Source: Syntrophales bacterium
Lineage (GTDB): Bacteria; Desulfobacterota; Syntrophia; Syntrophales; UBA6109
Reading direction: 5' to 3'
DNA: 64,000 nt
Assembly: GCA_035366835.1 (NCBI GenBank)
Contig: DAOSIS010000005.1
Location: 52 to 64,051, forward strand
In this document: piece after piece, positions 53,880-63,412 of the stretch
Numbering within the stretch: the first letter of the stretch is position 1
Layout: every line of letters starts with the position of its first letter
The notes under the pieces: model-generated
The model's input: only the letters and a program-made list of their open reading frames with translations
What the model was told of the DNA's origin: nothing
The model's database searches: none
Program-made: the position numbers and the translations under genes

Positions 53880-55334
53880 ATGGCCAAGATTGATCTCAAG
53901 ATGACGGACCTGAAGAAGGCCTTCCCGAAGAACTTTACGCCTGCGCAGATTGCAAAGGGGCAGACGATTTTTCTGAAGGAACTGGCCTATGAAGCGCACA
54001 AGTACTACGGCGGCAAGATGATGACGGTTCCGAAGGCCGGTCTGTACAGCTTCAATTGGTTCAACGTTTACTACAGCCCCGGCGTTTCGAAGATCTCGAC
54101 CTCGATCCGCGACGACAACAACCTCTCTTTCGAACTCTCCAACCGCGCGAACCTCGTCGCGGTGGTCAGCGATTCCACGCGCGTCCTGGGCGACGGCGAC
54201 TGCACGCCCCCCGGCGGCCTGGGAGTCATGGAAGGCAAGGCCTTCCTGATCAAGTATCTCGGCGGTCTCGATGCGATCGCACTTTGCGTGAACAGCTACA
54301 ACGCAAAAGGCGAGCATGACGCCGACAAAATCATTGAGTTCGTGAAGATGCTGCAGCCGAGCGTCGGCGCGGTCAACCTCGAAGACATCTCGCAGCCGAA
54401 CTGCTTCAAGGTCCTGGACACCCTGCGGGAAGAGTGCGAAATTCCCGTCTGGCATGACGACGCGCAGGGCACCGCCTGCGTGACCCTCGGCGGTTTGATC
54501 AATGCCCTGAAGGTCGCCGGCAAGCAGATGGGCAAGGTGAAGATGGCCTTCTTCGGTGCCGGGGCCTCCAACACGACGATCGTCCGTCTGATCCTCGCGG
54601 CAGGTGCCGATCCGGACAATATCGTGATGTGCGACTCCAAGGGAGGACTGCACAAGGGCCGCAAGGACATCGAGGCCGACAAGCGCTACTACCGCAAATG
54701 GGAAATCTGCGAGGCAACGAATCCCAACAGGATCAACAACATTCAGGATGCCATGAAGGGTGCCGACGTGCTGATTTCGCTTTCCACGCCGGGACCGGGC
54801 GTCATCAAGGCTGAGTGGGTGAAGACCATGGCGAAGAAGTCGATCGTCTTTGCCTGCGCCAACCCCGTTCCCGAAATCTATCCCTACGAGGCGAAGGAAG
54901 CGGGCGCCTACGTCGTGGCCACCGGCCGCGGCGACTTCCCCAACCAGGTGAACAACTCCATCGGCTTCCCCGGCATCCTCAAGGGCGCCTCCCTGGTGAA
55001 GGCGTCGAAGATCACGGATGGGATGGCGATCGCGGCCGCCAAGTGTCTGGCCAAGACGGCCGAGAAGCGCGGTATCAATCCCGACGACATCGTCCCGAAG
55101 ATGACGGAATGGGAAGTCTTCCCCTCCGAAGCCAGGGACGTGGCCATGCAGGCCATCAAGGACGGCGTCGCCAGGGTGAAGATGTCCGCCAAGGAAGTCT
55201 ACAAGAAAGCCTATGATGACATCGCCGAGTCGCGAAAACTGACGGAGACCCTGATGGCGAAGGGTTTCATCAGGAAACCGCCCGTCAGCATGCTGGAAAA
55301 GGCGCTCAAGAAGGCGATTGCTCAGGCCAAATAG
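53880..55334 (+). CDS. maeA: NAD(P)-dependent malic enzyme (short, non-PTA-fused form)
   Basis: 484 aa; ...VVSDSTRVLGDGDCTPPGGLGVMEGKAFLIKYLGG..., dinucleotide fold FFGAGASNTT, ...NNSIGFPGILKGA. ATG after GAAAGGAG. The gene symbol is generic. Confidence 0.88.
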   Translation: MAKIDLKMTDLKKAFPKNFTPAQIAKGQTIFLKELAYEAHKYYGGKMMTVPKAGLYSFNWFNVYYSPGVSKISTSIRDDNNLSFELSNRANLVAVVSDSTRVLGDGDCTPPGGLGVMEGKAFLIKYLGGLDAIALCVNSYNAKGEHDADKIIEFVKMLQPSVGAVNLEDISQPNCFKVLDTLREECEIPVWHDDAQGTACVTLGGLINALKVAGKQMGKVKMAFFGAGASNTTIVRLILAAGADPDNIVMCDSKGGLHKGRKDIEADKRYYRKWEICEATNPNRINNIQDAMKGADVLISLSTPGPGVIKAEWVKTMAKKSIVFACANPVPEIYPYEAKEAGAYVVATGRGDFPNQVNNSIGFPGILKGASLVKASKITDGMAIAAAKCLAKTAEKRGINPDDIVPKMTEWEVFPSEARDVAMQAIKDGVARVKMSAKEVYKKAYDDIAESRKLTETLMAKGFIRKPPVSMLEKALKKAIAQAK

Positions 55335-55347
55335 ATAGGGGGTTACC

Positions 55348-56187
55348 ATGAGAGAGGTCCACGTCAGTGAAATCGTTCCAATTGTAAAAAAACTGCTGAT
55401 CGATGCAAATTACAAGATTGGTCAAGACATCGTGGACGCCTTCGACAAGGGGATTCAGAAGGACGAATCGCCCGTCGCAAGGGAAGTTCTGAAGGAGCTC
55501 AAGCAGAACGTCGGAATTTCCGCGGAAGGCGAATATCCGATCTGTCAGGACACGGGATTGGCCGTCCTGTTCGTCGATATCGGTCAGGATGTCCACATCG
55601 TGGGCGGAAACATCAGGGAAGCGCTCAACGAGGGCGTCCGCCAGGCCTACAAGGACGGCTACCTGAGGAAATCGTCCTGTGATCCGTTTACCAGGAAGAA
55701 CACGGGGGACAATACCCCGGCGATCGTCCACTATGACATCGTTCCCGGCGACAAGATCAGAATCATGGCCGTTCCCAAGGGCGGCGGCGCGGAGAATATG
55801 AGCCGCGTGCACATGCTGGCACCCTCGGCGGGCGTTGAAGGCATCAAGGATTTCATCGTCAACCGGATGAAGGAAGCAGGCTCCAATCCCTGTCCTCCCA
55901 CGGTTGTCGGCGTCGGGATCGGCGGAACCTTCGAGAGAACGGCTATCCTGGCGAAAAAGGCACTGTTGAGAAAGGTGGGGGAGCGCCATCCCGATCCGGT
56001 CATTGCGAAACTCGAGCAGGAGGTCCTGGAGCGGATCAACAAACTCGGGATCGGGCCTATGGGGTATGGCGGCACGACCACGGCGCTCGATGTCTTCTTC
56101 GAGGTGGAGCCCTGCCACATCGCCAGCCTTCCGCTGGCGGTGAATGTACAGTGTCATGCAAACAGGCACAAAGAAGCGACGATCTGA
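55348..56187 (+). CDS. class I (Fe-S) fumarate/tartrate/mesaconate hydro-lyase, alpha subunit
   Basis: 279 aa; ...YPICQDTGLAVLFVDIG...PKGGGAENMS...NPCPPTVVGVGIGGT... Confidence 0.88.
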   Translation: MREVHVSEIVPIVKKLLIDANYKIGQDIVDAFDKGIQKDESPVAREVLKELKQNVGISAEGEYPICQDTGLAVLFVDIGQDVHIVGGNIREALNEGVRQAYKDGYLRKSSCDPFTRKNTGDNTPAIVHYDIVPGDKIRIMAVPKGGGAENMSRVHMLAPSAGVEGIKDFIVNRMKEAGSNPCPPTVVGVGIGGTFERTAILAKKALLRKVGERHPDPVIAKLEQEVLERINKLGIGPMGYGGTTTALDVFFEVEPCHIASLPLAVNVQCHANRHKEATI

Positions 56188-56200
56188 ATGGAGGATTAGC

Positions 56201-56758
56201 ATGGCAAACGAGATTCGATTGAAGACCCCCTTGACCGATGCAGACGTCGACAAATTGAAGATCGGCGACAAGGTCCTGATTACGGGCGTCATTTATACGG
56301 GAAGGGATGCGGCTCACAAACGGATGATCGACCTCATCAATCAGGGCAAGGAATTGCCCATCGATGTCAAGGGGCAGATCATCTACTACGTCGGCCCGAC
56401 CCCGGCCAGGCCGGGCAAGCCGATCGGCTCCGCGGGACCGACGACGAGCTACCGAATGGACGCCTACGCCCCGAAGATGATGGAACTGGGGATGAAGGGC
56501 ATGATCGGTAAGGGAAACCGCGCTCCCGAAGTCATCGCGGCGATGAAAAAATACAAGGCCATCTACTTCGGCGCCACGGGCGGCGCCGGCGCCGTCCTCG
56601 CCAGGAGCATCAAGAAGGCGAAGGTCGTCGCTTACGAGGACCTGGGACCCGAGGCCATCCATCGGTTGGAGGTCGAAGATTTTCCGGCGGTCGTCATCAA
56701 CGACACCAAGGGAAACGACCTCTACGTGGAGGGCGCAAAGAAATACCGGAAAGACTGA
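56201..56758 (+). CDS. class I (Fe-S) fumarate/tartrate/mesaconate hydro-lyase, beta subunit
   Basis: 185 aa; ...GDKVLITGVIYTGRDAAHKRM...YYVGPTPARPGKPIGSAGPTTSYRMD...IGKGNR... Internal ATG of ORF 56144..56758. Confidence 0.88.
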   Translation: MANEIRLKTPLTDADVDKLKIGDKVLITGVIYTGRDAAHKRMIDLINQGKELPIDVKGQIIYYVGPTPARPGKPIGSAGPTTSYRMDAYAPKMMELGMKGMIGKGNRAPEVIAAMKKYKAIYFGATGGAGAVLARSIKKAKVVAYEDLGPEAIHRLEVEDFPAVVINDTKGNDLYVEGAKKYRKD

Positions 56759-56787
56759 AGACAAATACTCGATAAAGGTGGGTGGAT

Positions 56788-58533
56788 ATGAAAACTGCCG
56801 GATACGGTGGAAGAGAAACGGAAATTGTCACTCACGACGTATTGATATTCGGGACGGGACTGGCGGGTCTGCGGGCCGCCGTTGAAATCGCCCGCAAGTC
56901 CGACGATGCCATCAACATCGGTCTCGTCTCCAAAGTCCAGATTCAGCGCCCGCACTCGGTATGCGCCGAGGGCGGCACCGCGGCCGTTCTCCGGGAGGAG
57001 GAGGGAGACAATCTCGAACTCCACGCCTGGGATACGGTGAAAGGCGCCGACTTTCTCGCCGATCAGGATGTCGTCGACCGGTTTGTGGAAACCAGCCCCA
57101 AGGAAATCCTGCTCATGGATCACTGGGGAATGCCCTGGTCGCGGCGCCCGAACGGCAGCATCCAGCAGCGTCCCTTCGGAGGGCACAGTTTTCCGCGGGC
57201 GACGATGGCGGCGGACAAGACCGGTTTCTTCGAGGTGCAGACGCTCTACGACACCTTCATGCAGTACAAGAATTTCTCGCGGTACGACGAGTTCTTCGCG
57301 ACGTCGATTCTCGTGGAGAACGGAGAATTCTGCGGCCTCGCGGGCATCTTCATGCCCACGGGGAAATTCATGGTGCTGCGGGCGAAGGCGCTGCTGATCG
57401 CGACCGGCGGCCTGGGAACGCTGTACGGGTTCACCACCTATTCCCAGACCGTCAGCGGCGACGGCCAGGCGCTGGCGTACAAGGCCGGATTTGCCATCGA
57501 GGATCCCGAGTTCCTGCAGTTCCATCCCACGGGGCTTGTCCCCTCGGGAATTCTCATGACGGAGGCGTGCCGCGGCGAAGGCGGTTACCTGAAGAACACC
57601 GAAGGCAAGCGCCTCATGGAAAAGTATGCCTCGAAATTCATGGAGCTGGCGCCGCGTGACATCGTTTCCCGGTCGGAAATGACCGAGATTCTGGAGGGCC
57701 GCGGTTTCAAAGGCCCGGACGGCCTCGACTACGTCCACCTCGACCTCACGCACCTGGGAGCCGAAAAAATCAATCACTGCCTTCCCCTGATCCGGGAAGT
57801 CTGCATGAAGTTCCTCGGCCTCGATCCGATCCTGAAGCCGATTCCGGTCCGGCCGGTTGCGCACTACAGCATGGGCGGAATCGAGGCGGACATCAACGGC
57901 GCGACGAAGATCAAGGGAGTATGGGCGGCCGGCGAGGTTGCCTGCCACTCCATGCACGGTGCCAACCGTCTCGGCTGCAATTCCACGGCGGAATGCCTCG
58001 TCTGGGGCGGGATCACGGGGGCGGAGATCGTCAAGTATCTCAACGCCGACCCGCCGATGCCGAAACTTCGCGGGGATGCCATTGATGCGGAATTCGCCCG
58101 CATCTTTGTCGAACTTCTGAACCGCAAGGGCACGGAGAACCAGTACGACATCAAGAAGGAACTCCGCATCGCCATGGACCAGCACGCCGGCGTCTACCGC
58201 ACGGCCAAGAGCATGAGCGAAGGGCTGGCCACGGTGCAGAACCTCAAGCAGCGATACCAGCGCATCTCGATCCAGGACAAGGGCCAGGTCTACAACACCA
58301 ACCTGATCAATGCCCTGGAAGTGGACAATCTCCTGAATCTGGCCGAAGCGCTCCTGACGGCCGCCCTGGCGCGCGAGGAATCCCGCGGGGCGCATGCCCG
58401 CACGGATTTCCCCACGCGGGATGACGAGAAGTGGCTGAAGCACACGCTTGTCACCTACAGTCAGGACGGGCCGAAACTCTCTTACAAGCCGGTAGCCATC
58501 ACCAAGTGGAAGCCGGTTGAGCGGAAATACTAA
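56788..58533 (+). CDS. fumarate reductase/succinate dehydrogenase flavoprotein subunit (paralogue 2, Glu-type)
   Basis: 581 aa; DVLIFGTGLAGLRAA, FAD-linking PHSVCAEGG, FHPTG, CRGEGG, HYSMGG, NRLGCNS, ESRGAHARTDFP. GTG 56782 is an alternative start. Confidence 0.92.
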   Translation: MKTAGYGGRETEIVTHDVLIFGTGLAGLRAAVEIARKSDDAINIGLVSKVQIQRPHSVCAEGGTAAVLREEEGDNLELHAWDTVKGADFLADQDVVDRFVETSPKEILLMDHWGMPWSRRPNGSIQQRPFGGHSFPRATMAADKTGFFEVQTLYDTFMQYKNFSRYDEFFATSILVENGEFCGLAGIFMPTGKFMVLRAKALLIATGGLGTLYGFTTYSQTVSGDGQALAYKAGFAIEDPEFLQFHPTGLVPSGILMTEACRGEGGYLKNTEGKRLMEKYASKFMELAPRDIVSRSEMTEILEGRGFKGPDGLDYVHLDLTHLGAEKINHCLPLIREVCMKFLGLDPILKPIPVRPVAHYSMGGIEADINGATKIKGVWAAGEVACHSMHGANRLGCNSTAECLVWGGITGAEIVKYLNADPPMPKLRGDAIDAEFARIFVELLNRKGTENQYDIKKELRIAMDQHAGVYRTAKSMSEGLATVQNLKQRYQRISIQDKGQVYNTNLINALEVDNLLNLAEALLTAALAREESRGAHARTDFPTRDDEKWLKHTLVTYSQDGPKLSYKPVAITKWKPVERKY

Positions 58534-58543
58534 GGGGGACACG

Positions 58544-58981
58544 ATGGCAGACTTCAAGAAATTCGACAACCATTTTGGGATTCTGGGCTGGCTCGGTGGA
58601 GGCCGATGGGGTGTGGAGCGTTATCTGTACATCATCCATCGCGTGGCCGGGTTGGGATTGCTGCTGTTCTTCCTGCTGCATATTTTTGAGAGTTCGTTGA
58701 GGATCTTCGGGCCGGAGACGTGGAACGGGGCGATGGAAACCCTCAAGCATCCCTTCTTCAAGGTCGGTGAGTTTTTCATTGTCATCGGCTTCGCCTTCCA
58801 CGCCCTCAACGGCATCCGTCTGATCCTCATCGAATGGGGACTTGCGGTGGGCAAGGCCGAAGAGCCGGTCTATCCTTACAGATCGTCCTTGAATACCCAG
58901 CGTCCGCTGATGGTGATCGCGATGATCCTTTCCGCGGTCTTCATCATCGCCGGGGGATTCAATATCTTTTTCGTGGGATGA
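58544..58981 (+). CDS. complex II membrane anchor subunit C (cytochrome b)
   Basis: 145 aa, 3 TM; YIIHRVAGLGLLLFFLLHIF...FAFHALNGIRLIL. Internal ATG of ORF 58517..58981. Confidence 0.8.
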   Translation: MADFKKFDNHFGILGWLGGGRWGVERYLYIIHRVAGLGLLLFFLLHIFESSLRIFGPETWNGAMETLKHPFFKVGEFFIVIGFAFHALNGIRLILIEWGLAVGKAEEPVYPYRSSLNTQRPLMVIAMILSAVFIIAGGFNIFFVG

Positions 58982-58994
58982 AGGGAGCTTCGCG

Positions 58995-59369
58995 ATGAGA
59001 GAGACAGCATACTGGATCTGGTTTGTTATTGCCGGGCTCGTCATCTTCGTTCTGGGCGGGCTCCACATGGCGGTAGTCCATCTGAGCGGGATTGTCGGGA
59101 TCTTCAACCCGGCCGGCGCGGAAGCCGTGGCGTGGGAAAATGTGGCCTTCCGGAGTCATTCGACGTTCTTCATGATTGCGTACATCCTGCTGTTGGCGGC
59201 AGTGCTCTATCACGGTTTCTACGGCCTGCGAACGATCGTCTTCGAGCTGGGGATCGGCAAGGCCTGCCAGCGGTCGCTGACGGTGGCGCTGTGGATCGTC
59301 GGGGTGGTCCTTTTCATTGTCGGTGCCTATGCCGCGATTGCGGCCAAGACGCTGGGCGCAGCCCTATAG
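58995..59369 (+). CDS. complex II membrane anchor subunit D
   Basis: 124 aa, 3 TM; ...GGLHMAVVHL...LYHGFYGLRTIVFELG... Confidence 0.75.
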   Translation: MRETAYWIWFVIAGLVIFVLGGLHMAVVHLSGIVGIFNPAGAEAVAWENVAFRSHSTFFMIAYILLLAAVLYHGFYGLRTIVFELGIGKACQRSLTVALWIVGVVLFIVGAYAAIAAKTLGAAL

Positions 59370-59382
59370 GAAGGATGAAACC

Positions 59383-60216
59383 ATGGAAAAAGAAGAAAAG
59401 AAGACCAACATCACTTTTTATATCCGTCGCTTCGATCCGGCAAAGGATGAGGAGCCCAGGGAACAGCAGTACAACCTCCAGGTGGAGAAGGGAATGACGG
59501 TGCTGGACGGCCTGCACCGGATCAAGGAGACCCAGGACCCGACCCTGGCATTCCGTTTTTCCTGCCGGATGGGCGTCTGCGGTTCCTGCGGCATGCTGAT
59601 CAACGGCCGGCCGACGCTCGCCTGCAACACGCAGATTCTCGACGTGACGCAGAACGTTCTTACGGTCGCGCCCCTTCCGAATTTTTCGATCATCAGGGAC
59701 CTGGTGCCGGATCTCGTGCCGATGTTCGAAGTCCATCAGCGCATCCAGCCCTACATCAAGCGCAGCGACAGGAAGGAGATGGAGGATCCGTCGGGGGAAT
59801 TCTTCCAGAGCCAGCATCAGCTGGAAAAGTTTCTCCAGTTCACCTACTGCATCAAGTGCGGCGCCTGCATGGCCGCCTGCCCCACGATGGCGACGGACAG
59901 GCAGTACCTGGGACCCATGCCGATCACCCAGATCTACCGGTACTGCGTCGATTCCCGGGACGATGGCCGGAAAGAAAGAATGGACATCGTCGCGGCGTCT
60001 CACGGGGCGTACAACTGTCACTACGCCGGAGAATGCTCCAATGTCTGTCCCAAGGGCGTCGATCCTGCACGCGCCATCCAGTTGATGAAGAAGGAACTCG
60101 TCCGCGAGTATTTCAACTTGGTCGGAAAGGAGCCCTGCGCAAAGGTATGGCACCTTCCTGAAAACGCGGAACGAAAACCGAAGATCCAGGCCCCTGCGCG
60201 CACTGTCGGCAAATAG
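59383..60216 (+). CDS. complex II iron-sulfur subunit (paralogue 2)
   Basis: 277 aa; SCRMGVCGSCGMLINGRPTLAC, CIKCGACMAACP, CHYAGECSNVCP. Internal ATG of ORF 59317..60216. Confidence 0.9.
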   Translation: MEKEEKKTNITFYIRRFDPAKDEEPREQQYNLQVEKGMTVLDGLHRIKETQDPTLAFRFSCRMGVCGSCGMLINGRPTLACNTQILDVTQNVLTVAPLPNFSIIRDLVPDLVPMFEVHQRIQPYIKRSDRKEMEDPSGEFFQSQHQLEKFLQFTYCIKCGACMAACPTMATDRQYLGPMPITQIYRYCVDSRDDGRKERMDIVAASHGAYNCHYAGECSNVCPKGVDPARAIQLMKKELVREYFNLVGKEPCAKVWHLPENAERKPKIQAPARTVGK

Positions 60217-60378
60217 GGGCTGATCGGGAAAGAAAAATTCTGTCGAGGAGGTGGTCGAAGCAACCTAGGACGCGAGAGCGAGGGGGGTGCCGCGGAGTCA
60301 GGGCGGTGCAAGGTTACATTCGTATCGTGCAGCAGAGGTTGAAAAACGTAGAATAACCATTGAAAAAGGAGGATGTCG

Positions 60379-61383
60379 ATGAAAAGTCTTACCGCGAAGA
60401 AATGGGTCGGTTTGGCGGCGGTGGTTTGTCTTGCGGTCGTGTTCGTGGCCGGATCCGCCATCGCGGCCGAAAAGAAGATCGAAGTCAAGTTCTCTCACGT
60501 CGTCGCCGATCAGACGCCGAAAGGCCAAGCGTCGGAGAAATTCAAGGAAATCCTTGACAAGAGCGGGATCTTCGACGTCAAGGTATATCCGTCCTCGCAG
60601 CTGTACGGAGACAAGGAGGAACTCGAGGCCCTGCGGGCGAACAACGTGCAGGTGATCGCCCCCTCGATGACGAAACTGGTGGGCTTCAACCCCCAGTTCC
60701 AGATCGTCGACATGCCCTTCCTCTTTGCTTCCGACGATGCGGTCGCAACCTTCTGGAATTCAGAGAAGGGCAAGGTGCTCTTCAACTCCGTGCGCCGCGC
60801 GGGATTCATCGGTATCGCCCATTGGCCGAACGGCTTCACGCAGTTCATCAACGCGAAACGCCCCCTCAAGAAACCGGCCGACTTCAAAGGCCTGAAACTT
60901 CGCGTGCAGAGCGGCGGTCTTCTTGACGCCCGCAACAAAGCCTTGGGCGCCGGGTCCCAGACCATGGCGTTCGCCGAGGTCTACCAGGCCCTCAACAGCC
61001 ATGCCATCGACGGCCTCGACAACACCTTCAACAACCACGAAACCCAGAAATTCTACGAAGTCGCCAAGTACCTTACGATCGGCAACTTCACCCGCCTCGA
61101 CTATGTCGTTCTCACGAACGTGAAGTTCTGGGACAGCCTGAAGCCGGACCAGCAGAAGACCTTCATGGACGCCATGAACCAGGCCTCCGCCTACGAAAGA
61201 AAACTGGCGGAAGAGATGGACACGAAGAGCCTGGAGATCATGAAGAAGAGCGGCAAAGTCGAAGTCTACACCCTCACCCCCGCCGAGAGGCAGGAATTCA
61301 TGAAGGCCCTCCAGCCGCTGTACAAGCAATACGAAAGCAAGATCGGGAAAGACAATATCGACTACGCCTTGAGTCTGAAGTAA
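60379..61383 (+). CDS. dctP: TRAP transporter substrate-binding protein (DctP family)
   Basis: Signal peptide MKSLTAKKWVGLAAVVCLAVVFVAGSAIAAEKK, then ...KFSHVVADQTPKGQASEKFKE...YPSSQLYGDKEELEAL... ATG 60373 is an alternative start. Ligand not inferable. Confidence 0.88.
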   Translation: MKSLTAKKWVGLAAVVCLAVVFVAGSAIAAEKKIEVKFSHVVADQTPKGQASEKFKEILDKSGIFDVKVYPSSQLYGDKEELEALRANNVQVIAPSMTKLVGFNPQFQIVDMPFLFASDDAVATFWNSEKGKVLFNSVRRAGFIGIAHWPNGFTQFINAKRPLKKPADFKGLKLRVQSGGLLDARNKALGAGSQTMAFAEVYQALNSHAIDGLDNTFNNHETQKFYEVAKYLTIGNFTRLDYVVLTNVKFWDSLKPDQQKTFMDAMNQASAYERKLAEEMDTKSLEIMKKSGKVEVYTLTPAERQEFMKALQPLYKQYESKIGKDNIDYALSLK

Positions 61384-61461
61384 GGGACAATGGGGGCGGG
61401 TTGCCGAGGCGGCCCGCCCCGTTCTTTTGATTCCTTTCTTGCTTGCGGAGGATTTTGAACC

Positions 61462-61986
61462 ATGGGTGCGGAAAAGAGCAAATGGTCGAAATTTTACGAA
61501 GCCTTCGAAGAATGGACATCCGGGATTTTACTCTTTACCGGCTTGACCCTCATCATGATCAACGTCACGCTGAGGTACGTCTGGGGAATGCCGCATTCCC
61601 TTCTCGATGAGTTCTCCGTGTACTTCGTCGTCTGGGGGACGTTCGTGGGCATGTCCGTCGCCCTCCGGACCAACCACCACATCAAGGTGGACATGTTTTA
61701 CGATATGTTCCCCGTCTGGCTGAAGCGCTACATCAGCATGTTCGCACACGGCCTGGGGTTCGCGTTCTGTGTTTTCTTCACGTACTTCGGCATCCTGCTC
61801 GTCCTGGACTATCTCCAGACGGGTCAGGGTTCCACGGACAGCATGTTTCCCCTGTGGATCGTTAATCTTGTCATGCCGGTGAGCGGCGTCATGTTCGGCG
61901 CTCGTTTCCTGCAGAAGTTCCTCTTCCTCTTCAAGGACGGCGGAAAAGCATGGACCGACGGCATGGAGAAAGGAGCGATTGTCTGA
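61462..61986 (+). CDS. dctQ: TRAP transporter small permease (DctQ)
   Basis: 174 aa, 4 TM, sits between dctP and dctM. Confidence 0.85.
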   Translation: MGAEKSKWSKFYEAFEEWTSGILLFTGLTLIMINVTLRYVWGMPHSLLDEFSVYFVVWGTFVGMSVALRTNHHIKVDMFYDMFPVWLKRYISMFAHGLGFAFCVFFTYFGILLVLDYLQTGQGSTDSMFPLWIVNLVMPVSGVMFGARFLQKFLFLFKDGGKAWTDGMEKGAIV

Positions 61987-63266
61987 TGGAGACTGCGGTT
62001 CTCTTCGGGATATTCATCTTTCTCTTCTGCCTGAACGTGCCGATCGCCGTCGCCCTGGCGACGGCGGCGATCGTCGTCCTGGCCTCCACCACGGACTTCA
62101 GCCTCTACATGATCGCCCAGCGGATGTTCGCTGCGCTCCTGTCGCCGCCGCTCCTGGCGATCCCTTCGTTCGTCTTCGCCGGCGTCGTCATGTCCCACGG
62201 CGGCATCTCCAAGTATCTCATCGCCGCCCTGCGCACCTGGGTCGGGCACCTTCCGGGCGGTCTGGCCGTCGTGACCATCGCCGCCTGCGCGATCTTCGCC
62301 GCCATTTCGGGATCGAGCCCGGCGACGGCGGCCGCGATCGGCGCCATCATGCTGCCGGCCATGATCGAGAACGGCTATTCCAAGCGCTACGCCATGGGGC
62401 TCGTCGCAGCTTCCGGAACGCTGGGCATTCTCATCCCGCCCAGCGTGACGATGGTCATCTTCGGCATCGTGGCCGAGTACTCCATCGGCGAGCTCTTCGC
62501 CGCCGGCATGATCCCGGGCATCCTCCTTGCCGGCATCCTGGTCGTCAGCGCGGTCATCTATGCCCAGCGGCAGAAGATGACCAAGACCGCCAAAGCCACC
62601 TGGCCAGAGCGCTGGAAGGCGACTTTCAAAGCCATCCCCGGTATGTTCCTGCCTTTCTTTATCCTGGGGAGCATCTACTCGGGGATCGTCACCCCGACGG
62701 AAGCGGCGGTCCTTTCGGTCTTCTACACGCTCGTCGTGTCGGCGTTCATATACCGGGAACTCAGGTGGAGCGGCATCCGCCCGATCCTTCGGGAGGCGAT
62801 CAATATTTCCTCGATGATTTATCTGATCATCGCCGCGGCCATGGTCTTCTCGCTGTTCCTGACGGCGAAGCAGATCCCGCAGCAGGTGCTGATGGCGATC
62901 ACTGCGGCGAAGGTCAGCAAGTGGATGTTCTTCCTCGTGACGCAGCTCATGTTCTTCGTCATGGGGACCTTCCTGGAGGCTGTGTCGATCACGCTGATCA
63001 CGCTGCCCATCCTGCTGCCCGTCATCCGGGCGCTGGATATTCCCATCGTCCAGTTCTGCGTCGTCATGACCGTCAACATGGAATTGGCGATGATCACGCC
63101 GCCCGTCGGCCTGAACCTCTTCGTCGTGTCGGCGATGGCCAAGGAAAAACTGGAGGAAGTCGTCAAGGGCGTCTGGCCCTTCCTGTTGATCATGGTCGGC
63201 GCCTTGATCCTCTTCGTCGTCTGGCCGGACCTTTCCACGTTCCTGCCGGCGAGAATGAGGATGTAG
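61986..63266 (+). CDS. dctM: TRAP transporter large permease (DctM)
   Basis: 426 aa polytopic; METAVLFGIFIFLFCLNVPIAVALA... ATG overlaps the dctQ stop (TGATG). Confidence 0.9.
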   Translation: METAVLFGIFIFLFCLNVPIAVALATAAIVVLASTTDFSLYMIAQRMFAALLSPPLLAIPSFVFAGVVMSHGGISKYLIAALRTWVGHLPGGLAVVTIAACAIFAAISGSSPATAAAIGAIMLPAMIENGYSKRYAMGLVAASGTLGILIPPSVTMVIFGIVAEYSIGELFAAGMIPGILLAGILVVSAVIYAQRQKMTKTAKATWPERWKATFKAIPGMFLPFFILGSIYSGIVTPTEAAVLSVFYTLVVSAFIYRELRWSGIRPILREAINISSMIYLIIAAAMVFSLFLTAKQIPQQVLMAITAAKVSKWMFFLVTQLMFFVMGTFLEAVSITLITLPILLPVIRALDIPIVQFCVVMTVNMELAMITPPVGLNLFVVSAMAKEKLEEVVKGVWPFLLIMVGALILFVVWPDLSTFLPARMRM

Positions 63267-63299
63267 ATCGCGGTTCGCACGTTCAACGCCGTTGCGTTG

Positions 63300-63337
63300 C
63301 CGGGGGGACCCCTCGCGGGGATTCCCCCGGTTTTTTG
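63300..63337 (+). terminator. rho-independent terminator
   Basis: CCGGGGG-(GACCCCTCGCGGGGATT)-CCCCCGG followed by TTTTTTGTTT. Confidence 0.85.
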
Positions 63338-63344
63338 TTTGTCG

Positions 63345-63373
63345 TTGACTTTAGACCCGACGACCCCTATATT
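63345..63373 (+). promoter_or_regulatory. sigma-70 promoter
   Basis: TTGACT, exactly 17 nt, then TATATT, 40 nt upstream of the ATG at 63413. Confidence 0.65.
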
Positions 63374-63412
63374 AACTCGCTTTTAAGAGCGCAGAAGGTC
63401 TGGGGCCGGAAC

